A DNA stretch of 26,183 nucleotides from Veleropilina oligotropha (GCA_048128005.1 JBEUKZ010000081.1:248001-274183), one strand, 5' to 3'; counted from the stretch's first letter, positions 1-10,316 are shown. Notes: generated by a model not told the origin, from the letters alone. A program made the numbers and translations.

Positions 1-328
1 TCTGGATAGTACACCCCGCACCAGACAGACAATCCTGGCAGTGATCTCTAAGGTAGGGGAGACAATGTATCTGGATAGTACACCCTGCACCAGACAGACA
101 ATCCTGGCAGTGATCTATAAGGTAGGGGAGACAATGTATCTGGATAGTACACCCCGCACCAGACAGACAATCCTGGCAGTGATCTCTAAGGTAGGGGAGG
201 CAATGTATCTGGATAGTACACCCCGCACCAGACAGACAATCCTGGCAGTGATCTCTACGGTAGGGGAGACAATGTATCTGGATAGTACACCCCGCACCAG
301 ACAGACAATCCTGGCAGTGATCTCTAAG
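1..328. repeat. 69-bp minisatellite, ~4.7 copies (may continue beyond the window start)
   Basis: Unit TCTGGATAGTACACCCCGCACCAGACAGACAATCCTGGCAGTGATCTCTAAGGTAGGGGAGACAATGTA starts at 1, 70, 139, 208, 277. Confidence 0.95.
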
Positions 329-603
329 TTAGGATGGACACACACACATACACCCCCCACCAGCCCGGTCAATCCTCCCTGCAATTTGAATATTCAATAG
401 TATGCCCAGGCCCAGACAGCCCTGGCTGTGGTAGGAGAGACAATGTGTCTGGATAGTACGCCCGGCCCAGACAGCCCTGGTTGTGATCTCTAAGGTAGGA
501 GAGAAAATGTGTGTCAGGACAAAACCCCCACCCCACATACACACATACCCTCTCTCAGATACCCCTGACTGTGATATCTCTAAGGTAGGAGCAGCAATGT
601 TTG

Positions 604-2436
604 TCAGGACAGACCATCCAGGTACCCCTACACACACACTCCAACCCAGGCAGTGCTGGCTGTGATCAGGACAGACCATCCATGTACCCCCTACACACAC
701 ACTCCAACCCAGGCAGTGCTGGCTGTGATCAGGACAGACCATCCAGGTACCCCCTACACACACACTCCAACCCAGGCAGTGCTGGCTGTGATCAGGACAG
801 ACCATCCAGGTACCCCCTACACACACACTCCAACCCAGGCAGTGCTGGCTGTGATCAGGACAGACCATCCAGGTACCCCCTACACACACACTCCAACCCA
901 GGCAGTGCTGGCTGTGATCAGGACAGACCATCCAGGTACCCCCTACACACACTCCAACCCAGGCAGTGCTGGCTGTGATCAGGACAGACCGTCCAGGTAC
1001 CCCCTACACACACACTCCAACCCAGGCAGTGCTGGCTGTGATCAGGACAGACCGTCCAGGTACCCCCTACACACACTCCAACCCAGGCAGTGCTGGCTGT
1101 GATCAGGACAGACCATCCAGATACCCCCTACACACACACTCCAACCCAGGCAGTGCTGGCTGTGATCTCTTCAGACCGTCCACGTACCCCCTACACACAC
1201 ACTCCAACCCAGGCAGTGCTGGCTGTGATCAGGACAGACCGTCCAGGTACCCCCTACACACACACTCCAACCCAGGCAGTGCTGGCTGTGATCAGGACAG
1301 ACCGTCCAGGTACCCCCTACACACACACTCCAACCCAGGCAGTGCTGGCTGTGATCAGGACAGACCATCCAGGTACCCCCTACACACACACTCCAACCCA
1401 GGCAGTGCTGGCTGTGATCAGGACAGACCGTCCAGGTACCCCCTACACACACACTCCAACCCAGGCAGTGCTGGCTGCATGCGCGGTGATCAGGACAGAC
1501 CATCCAGGTACCCCCTACACACACACACTCCAACCCAGGCAGTGCTGGCTGTGATCAGGACAGACCGTCCAGGTACCCCCTACACACACACTCCAACCCA
1601 GGCAGTGCTGGCTGTGATCAGGACAGACCATCCAGGTACCCCCTACACACACACTCCAACCCAGGCAGTGCTGGCTGTGATCAGGACAGACCATCCAGGT
1701 ACCCCCTACACACACACTCCAACCCTGGCAGTGCTGGCTGTGATCAGGACAGACCATCCAGGTACCCCCTACACACACACTCCAACCCAGGCAGTGCTGG
1801 CTGTGATCAGGACAGACCATCCAGGTACCCCCTACACACACACTCCAACCCAGGCAGTGCTGGCTGTGATCAGGACAGACCATCCAGGTACCCCCTACAC
1901 ACACACTCCAACCCAGGCAGTGTTGGCTGTGATCAGGACAGACCATCCAGATACCCCCTACACACACACACTCCAACCCAGGCAGTGCTGGCTGTGATCA
2001 GGACAGACCGTCCAGGTACCCCCTACACACACTCCAACCCAGGCAGTGCTGGCTGTGATCAGGACAGACCATCCAGGTACCCCCTACACACACACTCCAA
2101 CCCAGGCAGTGCTGGCTGTGATCAGGACAGACCATCCAGGTACCCCCTACACACACACTCCAACCCAGGCAGTGCTGGCTGTGATCAGGACAGACCGTCC
2201 AGGTACCCCCTACACATACACTCCAACCCAGGCAGTGCTGGCTGTGATCAGGACAGACCGTCCAGGTACCCCCTACACACACTCCAACCCAGGCAGTGCT
2301 GGCTGTGATCAGGACAGACCATCCAGGTACCCCCTACACACACACTCCAACCCAGGCAGTGCTGGCTGTGATCAGGACAGACCATCCAGGTACCCCCTAC
2401 ACACACACTCCAACCCGGGCAGTGCTGGCTGTGATC
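604..2436. repeat. 63-bp minisatellite, ~29 copies
   Basis: Unit TCAGGACAGACCATCCAGGTACCCCCTACACACACACTCCAACCCAGGCAGTGCTGGCTGTGA; 61- and 65-bp variants come from the internal (CA)n; CCATCC/CCGTCC dimorphism. Confidence 0.97.
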
Positions 2437-3133
2437 TCTGTAAAGGCCGGACATTGCAACCACCCAGTAGGTAGGCGAGGCCTGTGCTTTTGAGGCATGA
2501 CCTTCTGTTGTCGGTGATTCAGGCTTGCCTGTGAAGTTAATTGCCTTTGCTAAAATAACACATCATTGCATCGCACTAATTAGGTACGTCTTTTGTTATG
2601 TGACTGTCAATCAAAGTCGCAGTCTTGTTTCCACAATTTACCAACCAATCATATTGTTTATAATGTCGATTCCTCGATGTTTCCTGTCCGCTCCCAAAAT
2701 CAGAAATGGGCTCATCCCTGCCTGTTGCCTTTTATAGCGGCACCCCGGCCTTTAAAAGTGTGTCAGGATAAGATAACCCCACCCCCATCCCAGTCAGCTC
2801 TGGCTGTAATCTATAAGGTTTGTGGGGCAATGTAGTTCAAGATAGAACCCCGCCTCTCACCCAACCAAGGCAACACTGGCTGTGAACTGTACGATGAGAG
2901 ACAATGTGTGTTAGCATAGAACCCGCCACTACCACGATCTGGAAAAGTTTTATGGCTTGCATTTGATAATTTTTAATACTTGTAGATAAAATTAAATACT
3001 ATGGCGTGATGTTTTTAGTAATTTTATTTGAAAATATTGTAGAAAAAGAAAAGAATATTGTTGGGTGAACAATTTGATTCAGTTCAATATTTTAATAGCA
3101 TCCAATTATTCGTATCCAAGAACAGAACTGAAA

Positions 3134-3349
3134 TATCTATATCAAATATACTTACGTCCTTACTAATGCCATAATAAGCCTATTATCGCTAAATCCGGAC
3201 AAGGTGGAAATGGTAATTTCGCACTTTTTAGTAAATTTAACCCAGTTGACCCACTGACCTGCTCGACCTCCTCCAGTTCATGCCTATTAAGAGCTCGCCA
3301 ACTCCCGCGAGATCCTCGTGACCAAGGGTCAAGACCTCATCCGAAGTTT
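3134..3349 (+). repeat. DIRS left inverted terminal repeat
   Basis: 3145-3349 is the exact reverse complement of 10317-10521; 3134-3171 is complementary to ICR 10162-10199. Confidence 0.97.
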
Positions 3350-4130
3350 TCCGTCTGATTGAACAAGTCGCGTTTTACTTTACTCCACAATCTGTTGTGA
3401 TTTTCGATCTTTTTCGAGTCTGGTTTACCAATCATATAAGCTCATAAGATCGTTTGTAGTGTTGTAAACACGTTTAGTGGAAAGACTGAGAGTTTTCCTC
3501 CTGAATAAGCCCTTCTTGAAGTTTTTTCCTGTCGACAAAGACAAAAAACGAAATCGACACCCTCCACTGAAGCGACGCCATCTTGGACTTCTGAAACAGA
3601 AAGAAAAGAGGACGCTCAGAGGGATCTTTAAAGAAGGAAGCTCCCTAGCAATTACTACGGAGTCAGGGAGAGTTGATTATTGATATTGCTTGAATTTGCA
3701 TTGCATTTCATTTATATATACGATAATTCCTCAACGACGTTTTTCTTGCTATAAATTTATGTAAATTAAATTTATCGTCGTTGAAAAGCAGATTGTTTAG
3801 AATTTAACTAGCGTTATTTTGGTAAATCTGCTAAATCGGGGATAGCACGCCGAATTCTAACAAATTGATATATTTACATCCAAGAGGTTTTAGGTGTAAA
3901 AGGGCGGTTTCTGTAAAAGAAAGACCTCCCGTTTCTCAATTCGTTGGCCGACTTCTGTTAAAAGGTTTATCAAAGTCGGTGTTTTTTGGGCGTATAATCC
4001 GCCGGAAGTTTTAAGCGTATTTCAGCCTTTTCCAGCTCTCGGATCAGGTACAATCGAGGTTGTAGTAGTAATTTGGTAAACTACCCAGGAAATATCCTTA
4101 TCACTTAAAAACCCTATCTCCTACCTACCC

Positions 4131-6380
4131 GTGTATGTAGCTATGATGCATTGCAGTGTTTCCGGGTGCAGACAGAAAATCCGTGGTTTTGACAGGCACT
4201 CCGAATGCACTTTTCACCGTGTTTGTTCTAGCGATAAGGACCATCCATGTGAGCATTGTGTAGCACTAACGAATCGGCAGTGGGAGACTCTTTTCCCATC
4301 GAAGAAGACGACCAGGGTGTCTTCTACCGATGGGGCATCCACCGAGAAGCTCCAGAGACTAGAGACAGGCATTAATCCTTCACTTTCTCTTTCAGACACT
4401 CTCGAGGATAGCCGTGTTGGGCTCGACAGAACCTCCGAGACTTTGGGGAAAGTCCCGGAATCTTCGGGACCCCAGATTCAGGTAAGGGCCCGAGTGCCGA
4501 CCGACACCTCTCCTTTGGGCCTAGTAACCGCTGCTCATAGTATCTTGTCGGCCAGTAAGATACGTCGAGCGCTGCGGCGAAAAGCTGAGCAGGGCAGACA
4601 AAACCTTCCCTCTCCTCCGGCCACGGAGGAGCAAGGCAGCGTTAGTCCTTCTGTGAGTCGAGTAGCTTCTGAACAAGAAGCAGCTTCTGAACAAGAAGCG
4701 CAGAGACTAGCAGAGAAAGTCGATACAGTTGCTGGGCACCACGAAAGTGGTCGAAGTCCCAGACGCTCGACGAAACCCGTCCTCTCGTCCGACAACGGCG
4801 CTAGTTTAAAGACTAAACCCGCCACCGTCGGAGCCCACGAGAGTGAGGGAAGGCCAACCACCTCTGACGATTCTTATCAAGACGTCCCGGGTGGTGTGGT
4901 AGGACCGGCTGCGTTCAGGGCTGAGGCGTACGGCGGGTTTACCCCCGTGCCTCACCCGAGCAGGGTTACAGACCCGTATAGACTGTGGTCGCAGTCTTAC
5001 GGGTCGTTCGCACCGTTTAACGCGCCTCCGGGCCGTTTCCCTGGCTGCGGTTTCCCGACAGGTAACCCGAGTCCCTGGTACTCGGCTCCACCTGTCCGTG
5101 CAGCCCGTCAACCATGCGCTACGGTATCCTCGAGCGGACCAATGGCTGTTGGTCCGACGTCCGTCATGCCTCCGGGTTTCTCTCTTGAGAGCGTCCAGGC
5201 TATGATTGCGGCGGAAGTCGAGGCTCGTTGTAGGTCCTGGCAACCGGCTACCCAGCCGCCCCAGGTCCCAACGTCTCTGACCGTAACGCCGGGCTCGGCT
5301 CATGCTTCGGTGATGGAAGTCGATCCTCGTTCCGACGAGGACAGCGCTTCTACTCACTCTGACCTCCCTGAATCGGTCGGACCAGACGACTCTTGTAGTC
5401 AGTCTGGCACGCATGAGACCATCTCCGCCACCCGCAGAAGATACGACGCTGTCGCGTCGCTTCGCGGGGTGCTAGACTTGCCAGACCCGGCTCTGCCGGT
5501 AGGCTTCGTCAGGCACAGGACAGCGGCACGTCGATTTGATGGGCCGGAAGCCCCCCTGCTTCCTACCCTACCCCAGTCTGGGTTGGTCTCGCTCGTCCTC
5601 GACTCGGCGACCAAAGCCATTCAGGGATCCAAATCGGTGGAGACTTCCTCGTTAACGGAGTACCCTAGTGGTCTGCGTAAGGGAAAGTACCTCCGACCCT
5701 GTAGGCGTCCGATTTCGATCGGATGCTCTGGGGCGTGTCTGGAGACTGAGCCGGTTCAGATCGATGCAGCGATGCGTCGACTGTCGGCCAGCACAGCTCC
5801 CTCAGTGGTCAAAGTTCCATGGGTCGCCATGGAGGGCTTTGAGAGCTCCGCCCGTCGAGCTCTACGGCATGCCTCTATCCAGGATTTTTTCCTAGACGGA
5901 GCCATTACCGTACTACAAGAGGACGGACCCCGCGCTCGTGAGATCGCACTGTCCTTCCTCGAAGAGGTTGCCGCCTCCACGGAGAACTCCGCGTCGGAGT
6001 CAGCCCGATCCTTAGGCAACGCTGTCCTACTTCGTAGAGACGCGTGCCTAGACGGCACCACGTTGGACGACGCCACCCGGCTGTCCCTGCGTTGTGTACC
6101 GTTGTCGGCCTCTACTCTCTTCGGAGACAAATTCGTCGAATTTGTCGAGAAGCGAGCGGCTGACCTAAAGGATCGCGCGATAGAGAAAGCGGTCTTGGCT
6201 ACTCCTCGGAGTACGCCGGCTGCTGCCTCTAGGAAGCGCTCGAGACCGGCCCGGTCTCATCAGCCTTCCAAGCGTGCTAAACCTTCGCGTGGTGGGCCTT
6301 CTCAGGCCAAGAAACCTATCGCGAAACCAGCACCTCCGACGAAATCCCGTCAGAGCGGGAGAGGGAAGCCGCGGCCCTAG
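4131..6380 (+). CDS. gag: DIRS ORF1, Gag-like protein (first ATG at 4143)
   Basis: 749-codon ORF upstream of RT; N-terminal Cys/His cluster CSVSGC..HSECTFHRVC..CEHC; Pro/Ser-rich middle; basic C-terminus. Confidence 0.88.
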   Translation: MYVAMMHCSVSGCRQKIRGFDRHSECTFHRVCSSDKDHPCEHCVALTNRQWETLFPSKKTTRVSSTDGASTEKLQRLETGINPSLSLSDTLEDSRVGLDRTSETLGKVPESSGPQIQVRARVPTDTSPLGLVTAAHSILSASKIRRALRRKAEQGRQNLPSPPATEEQGSVSPSVSRVASEQEAASEQEAQRLAEKVDTVAGHHESGRSPRRSTKPVLSSDNGASLKTKPATVGAHESEGRPTTSDDSYQDVPGGVVGPAAFRAEAYGGFTPVPHPSRVTDPYRLWSQSYGSFAPFNAPPGRFPGCGFPTGNPSPWYSAPPVRAARQPCATVSSSGPMAVGPTSVMPPGFSLESVQAMIAAEVEARCRSWQPATQPPQVPTSLTVTPGSAHASVMEVDPRSDEDSASTHSDLPESVGPDDSCSQSGTHETISATRRRYDAVASLRGVLDLPDPALPVGFVRHRTAARRFDGPEAPLLPTLPQSGLVSLVLDSATKAIQGSKSVETSSLTEYPSGLRKGKYLRPCRRPISIGCSGACLETEPVQIDAAMRRLSASTAPSVVKVPWVAMEGFESSARRALRHASIQDFFLDGAITVLQEDGPRAREIALSFLEEVAASTENSASESARSLGNAVLLRRDACLDGTTLDDATRLSLRCVPLSASTLFGDKFVEFVEKRAADLKDRAIEKAVLATPRSTPAAASRKRSRPARSHQPSKRAKPSRGGPSQAKKPIAKPAPPTKSRQSGRGKPRP

Positions 6381-8454
6381 GGTTGCCGGCGCTCGCGACG
6401 AGCCCAGTTGCACGCTTCCGCCGGTGGGAGCGTGTCTGTTAGAGTACAGCCTGTCCTGGCTGGAAATGACAGAGGACAACTGGGTTCACTCAGTCGTGAG
6501 TGCCGGATACAAGTTGGCATTCGACCGGCATCCAACCCTAGACGCGACACCACCACCAGGACGCGCTCGTCTCCTAATAAGAGAAAAGCAAGCCGTCCTA
6601 GACCAGGCAGTGCGGGATTTACTCTCGAAGAGAGCGATCTATCCCGCGCCGCCCAGCACACCAGGATATTACAGCCACTTTTTCCTGGTCCCGAAACCCG
6701 ATGGCCGTTGGCGACCGATCCTCGATCTGTCGTTCCTCAACCAGTATCTTCGTACCGAGAAGTTCAAGCAAGAAACACTCTCGAAGATACGAACGGCCAT
6801 CCGTCCGGGCGACTGGGCAGCGTCTATCGACTTGACCGATGCGTACCTACACGTTCCGATGCATGTCTCGGCTCACCGGTACCTACGGTTTGTCCACGGG
6901 GGAACGGTCTACCAATTCAGGTGTCTACCGTTCGGTCTATCGTCAGCCCCGTACGTCTTCACGCGGGTAGTACAGGCCCTCAGGGCCTTCCTACACTCGC
7001 AAGGGCACAGAGTACACATGTACCTCGACGACTGGTTGATTCTCGGGGCGTCCCGGGATCAGTGCCTCCAGTCTATGAGCGTTACCCTGTCATCGGCGAA
7101 GCGCCTAGGATTACAGATCAACAACGACAAATCCTGCTTCGTGCCCTCGACGACGTTTATATTTCTAGGGGTCGAATTTGACACGGTCCGGTACACCGCG
7201 AAACCGACTCAGAAACGTATAGAGAACCTACGCGCAGTTATACTGGAAACGAAGTCTTCACGGATAACTACAGCGCGACGACTGGCCACTGTCCTAGGGC
7301 ACATCGAGTCGGTAGCTCCCCTGCTACCGACGGGTCGCATGGACAAACGACCGTTGCAGCAGGCCTTCAAGGACCGCTGGATACAACGTACGGGACAGTG
7401 GACGGATCGCATCGATCTTCGGCATTGGTTCAATCGCACGACAGCAGTGTGGTTGAACACTACCCTGCCGAGCCAGTCGGTTCCAATATCCCCCCCAGAA
7501 CCGAACGCCTACCTCTTCACGGACGCGTCAAACGAGGGCTGGGGAGGGCACCTCGACAGTCACGAGACATCGGGCCTATGGCCTACGGACCTTCAGGGAC
7601 GACATATCAACTTCCTAGAGTTAGAAGCCGTCTACCTGTCAGTACAGTCCCTCTCGTCACACCTCCGCAACAAGCACATACTGCTCGCCACGGACAACAC
7701 GACTGTCGTCGCTTACATTCAGCACCAGGGCGGCACCCGCTCCCGTCCGCTTTGCGACCGAGCGATCGACCTACACCGCCTAGTGATGTCCCTCAACTCG
7801 ACAATTCGAGCCCGACACATCCCGGGGAAGCTGAACGTCAGAGCGGATACGCTCTCTCGGAAAACACAGATAATACACACAGAGTGGACGCTACACGCCC
7901 GTGTAGCCCGAGATGTCTGTCGCCTGTGGTCGACGCCTCAAGTCGATCTATTCGCAACCGAATACAATCACCGACTCCCTCTCTATGTGTCTCCTTACCC
8001 GGACCCGGCCGCCATAGCGGTCGACGCTCTGTCAATGAGATGGGAGAATCTGATCGCCTACGCCTTCCCACCGTCGTGCATGTTGGCACAAGTACTACGG
8101 AAAGCGACCCGCGAAGACTGCGAGTTAACGCTGATAGCACCCCTACAACGCACGCAGTCCTGGTTTCCGACACTTCTGGATCTACTCATCGATCAGCCAC
8201 GAGCGCTACCGCAGATGACAGACCTGTTATCGCAACCGCGCAGTCGGGTCCTACACCCGTCGGCGAGCGAGTTTCACTTTCACGCCTGGCGACTATCGAG
8301 AGATCGCTCATTAAGAAAGGCTTTTCTAGAGCGACAGCCCAGCGCATATACCGATCTAGAAGGCAATCTACAACAAGGGTATATGACTACCGATGGAAGA
8401 AATTTGTGGATTGGTGTCGCGGGCGGTAGGTCAATATTTTCCGCCCCCCTGTGA
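6274..8454 (+). CDS. pol: DIRS ORF2: reverse transcriptase - RNase H - Dam-like methyltransferase domain
   Basis: RT motifs FLVPKPDGRWRPILDL, IDLTDAY, LPFGLSSAP, YLDD; RNase H FTDAS..GWG, HINFLELEAV, TDN, HIPGKLNVRADTLSR; MT-like VDLFAT..YAFPP; frame is open from 6184. Confidence 0.97.
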   Translation: MLNLRVVGLLRPRNLSRNQHLRRNPVRAGEGSRGPRVAGARDEPSCTLPPVGACLLEYSLSWLEMTEDNWVHSVVSAGYKLAFDRHPTLDATPPPGRARLLIREKQAVLDQAVRDLLSKRAIYPAPPSTPGYYSHFFLVPKPDGRWRPILDLSFLNQYLRTEKFKQETLSKIRTAIRPGDWAASIDLTDAYLHVPMHVSAHRYLRFVHGGTVYQFRCLPFGLSSAPYVFTRVVQALRAFLHSQGHRVHMYLDDWLILGASRDQCLQSMSVTLSSAKRLGLQINNDKSCFVPSTTFIFLGVEFDTVRYTAKPTQKRIENLRAVILETKSSRITTARRLATVLGHIESVAPLLPTGRMDKRPLQQAFKDRWIQRTGQWTDRIDLRHWFNRTTAVWLNTTLPSQSVPISPPEPNAYLFTDASNEGWGGHLDSHETSGLWPTDLQGRHINFLELEAVYLSVQSLSSHLRNKHILLATDNTTVVAYIQHQGGTRSRPLCDRAIDLHRLVMSLNSTIRARHIPGKLNVRADTLSRKTQIIHTEWTLHARVARDVCRLWSTPQVDLFATEYNHRLPLYVSPYPDPAAIAVDALSMRWENLIAYAFPPSCMLAQVLRKATREDCELTLIAPLQRTQSWFPTLLDLLIDQPRALPQMTDLLSQPRSRVLHPSASEFHFHAWRLSRDRSLRKAFLERQPSAYTDLEGNLQQGYMTTDGRNLWIGVAGGRSIFSAPL

Positions 8455-9368
8455 CAAAATTTATCGAGTTTTTGTCGTCGTTGCTCGAACGTGGAATGTC
8501 TATTTCCGCGGTCAAAGGCTACCGATCATGCGTAGCAACGACGTTACGACAATGCCGCGAGCACACCCGCTTGTCTACCGACAAAACAATATCGGACTTT
8601 ATACGCTCCTACCAACTCGAACGGCCCATTCAGCAGGTGCGACCGCCTGCTTGGAATGTCATGTTAATTCTCAATGCTTTACTTAGATGCCCGTACGAGC
8701 CTATGAGTGATTGTTCCCTCAAAAATCTCACTTATAAGACCGTATTTCTTACCGCTCTCGCCACCGGTAACAGGGCATCGGAGATACACGCTTTATCCGG
8801 AGAGCTTCGAGATATACACTTCCACACCGATGGGTCGTTGACGCTGCATACAGTCCTTGGCTTCCTCGCAAAGACACAAAGACCTGAAGATATCAGTCCC
8901 GAGGTTTGTATCCGTAACCTCTCCATGCTGGATAGAGATGATATCGACCGCCTGAACTGCCCCGTTCGTGCGCTGAGATTCTACCTGGATCGGACCCGAG
9001 ACCTACGGCAGGGTAAAAAGCGTTTATTCGTTAGCCATATGCCTCAATTTCACCGCGACATTCGCAAATCGACTGTTTCACGTTGGATTGTTTCTGTCGT
9101 AAAGGAAATTTACAGTCGGTCCAATGATCCAGAACGAGATCTCGTCTCAATTCACGCGCATGAGACTCGTGCTTTAGCGACATCCTTGGCTTTCAAATAT
9201 AATTTGAATATCAATACAATCTTGAAGGCTGGTTACTGGAAGAGTGCTAATACTTTTGTTCGCTTCTACCTGCGTGATTACGCTACCACGGCTGCAGGCG
9301 AACATAGAATTTCCTTTGTGGCGGCAACTCAACAATGTATTAGGGGATCTAGGTCATCCTTACGGTGA
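7182..9368 (+). pseudogene. DIRS ORF3 tyrosine recombinase, interrupted by an in-frame TAG at 8427-8429
   Basis: Core-binding-type STTRVYDYRWKKFVDWC lies just before the TAG; the same frame continues to catalytic R (GNRASEI), HETR, GYW and FVRFY; track ORFs 7398-8429 and 8451-9368 share one frame. Confidence 0.85.
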
Positions 9369-10161
9369 TTGGTATAATCAATTGTACCAGGTCACTGAGG
9401 TAATGTAATGTAATTCTATTTGTGTACAGTGTAAACACCCTTAGAATTTATTCCAATGTTATTCCTTTCTTAACCTTATTAAGAAATTGGAATTATCTAT
9501 TCATACTGAGTTAATATGAAATTAATGCTCACATTGGATGTAAACATTTATATTTCGAAATCTTAAAAATGTTTTTTGTAAATAATATTATTTTAAAATG
9601 TTCTACTTGCTGTCGCAGAACATTTCAATGTTCGTACATTGAAAAATATTAATATTATTCTCTACTTAAAATTATTTAAGTAACATGTTATCATGTTGAC
9701 ATTTTGCAAGTTGGACATGCAAAATTTTTTATTATTCAACATGAAGTTATTGCAATTTTCTTCAATCTATGAATAATTGTCACGGTTTTATAACACTATC
9801 AACCTGCCTAGGTTCGGGTGCCTCTAAAAACCACGTCTTGCAGTTTTCTGTCTGCCGACCTTTGAGTCCGGAATATTCAGTTCACTGTCTTTGCTCTAGA
9901 CACGAGTGCCTCAAGGTATACCTTCCGCACGGTGTCCGGAGCTACATGCACTTTCGTGTTACCTGTCCGACTAACATCCCTGGCGTGTTTTCCCAGATTT
10001 CTTGGTCGAAATCTCACCCCGGGGTAAGAGTAGATTTGATGCTCAGTAAAATCCACTCTGAGCGGACTCGATCTCAACGCTATAAGCGTCGTCTTCTGGT
10101 AACAAGTAAGTTTTTAATTTTGGTGTATGGAACTTATAACTCCGCCAACCAAAGTTATTCT

Positions 10162-10252
10162 TGGCATTAGTAAGGACGTAAGTATATTTGATATAGATAG
10201 GAGGATTAAGAGTAATCCCCTTGTATCTATAATAATATACTTACGTCCTTAC
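10162..10252. other. DIRS internal complementary region (ICR)
   Basis: 10162-10199 = reverse complement of 3134-3171; 10196-10252 = reverse complement of 10503-10559; the two halves share GATA at 10196-10199. Confidence 0.96.
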
Positions 10253-10316
10253 CCTCTTGGCCCACCCTGCTTCGCACCTCCCCTCTTATATAAGTTCTTT
10301 GCCTTGGGGTTTGCTT

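Noticed and set aside
41..2493. Many ORFs up to 343 aa with repeating peptides
   Set aside because: By-products of stop-poor 69- and 63-bp repeat units; (CA)n indels switch frames at random
3477..3683. 68-aa basic ORF in the DIRS leader
   Set aside because: GTG start, short, no recognisable domain
6430..6438. VGACL instead of VG(G/A)RL as a possible CpG mutation
   Set aside because: T6433 pairs with A6412 in the predicted stem, so it may be original; cannot be decided without sibling copies
4214..8926. Minus-strand ORFs within the DIRS coding region
   Set aside because: Short and without motifs; expected in GC-rich coding DNA
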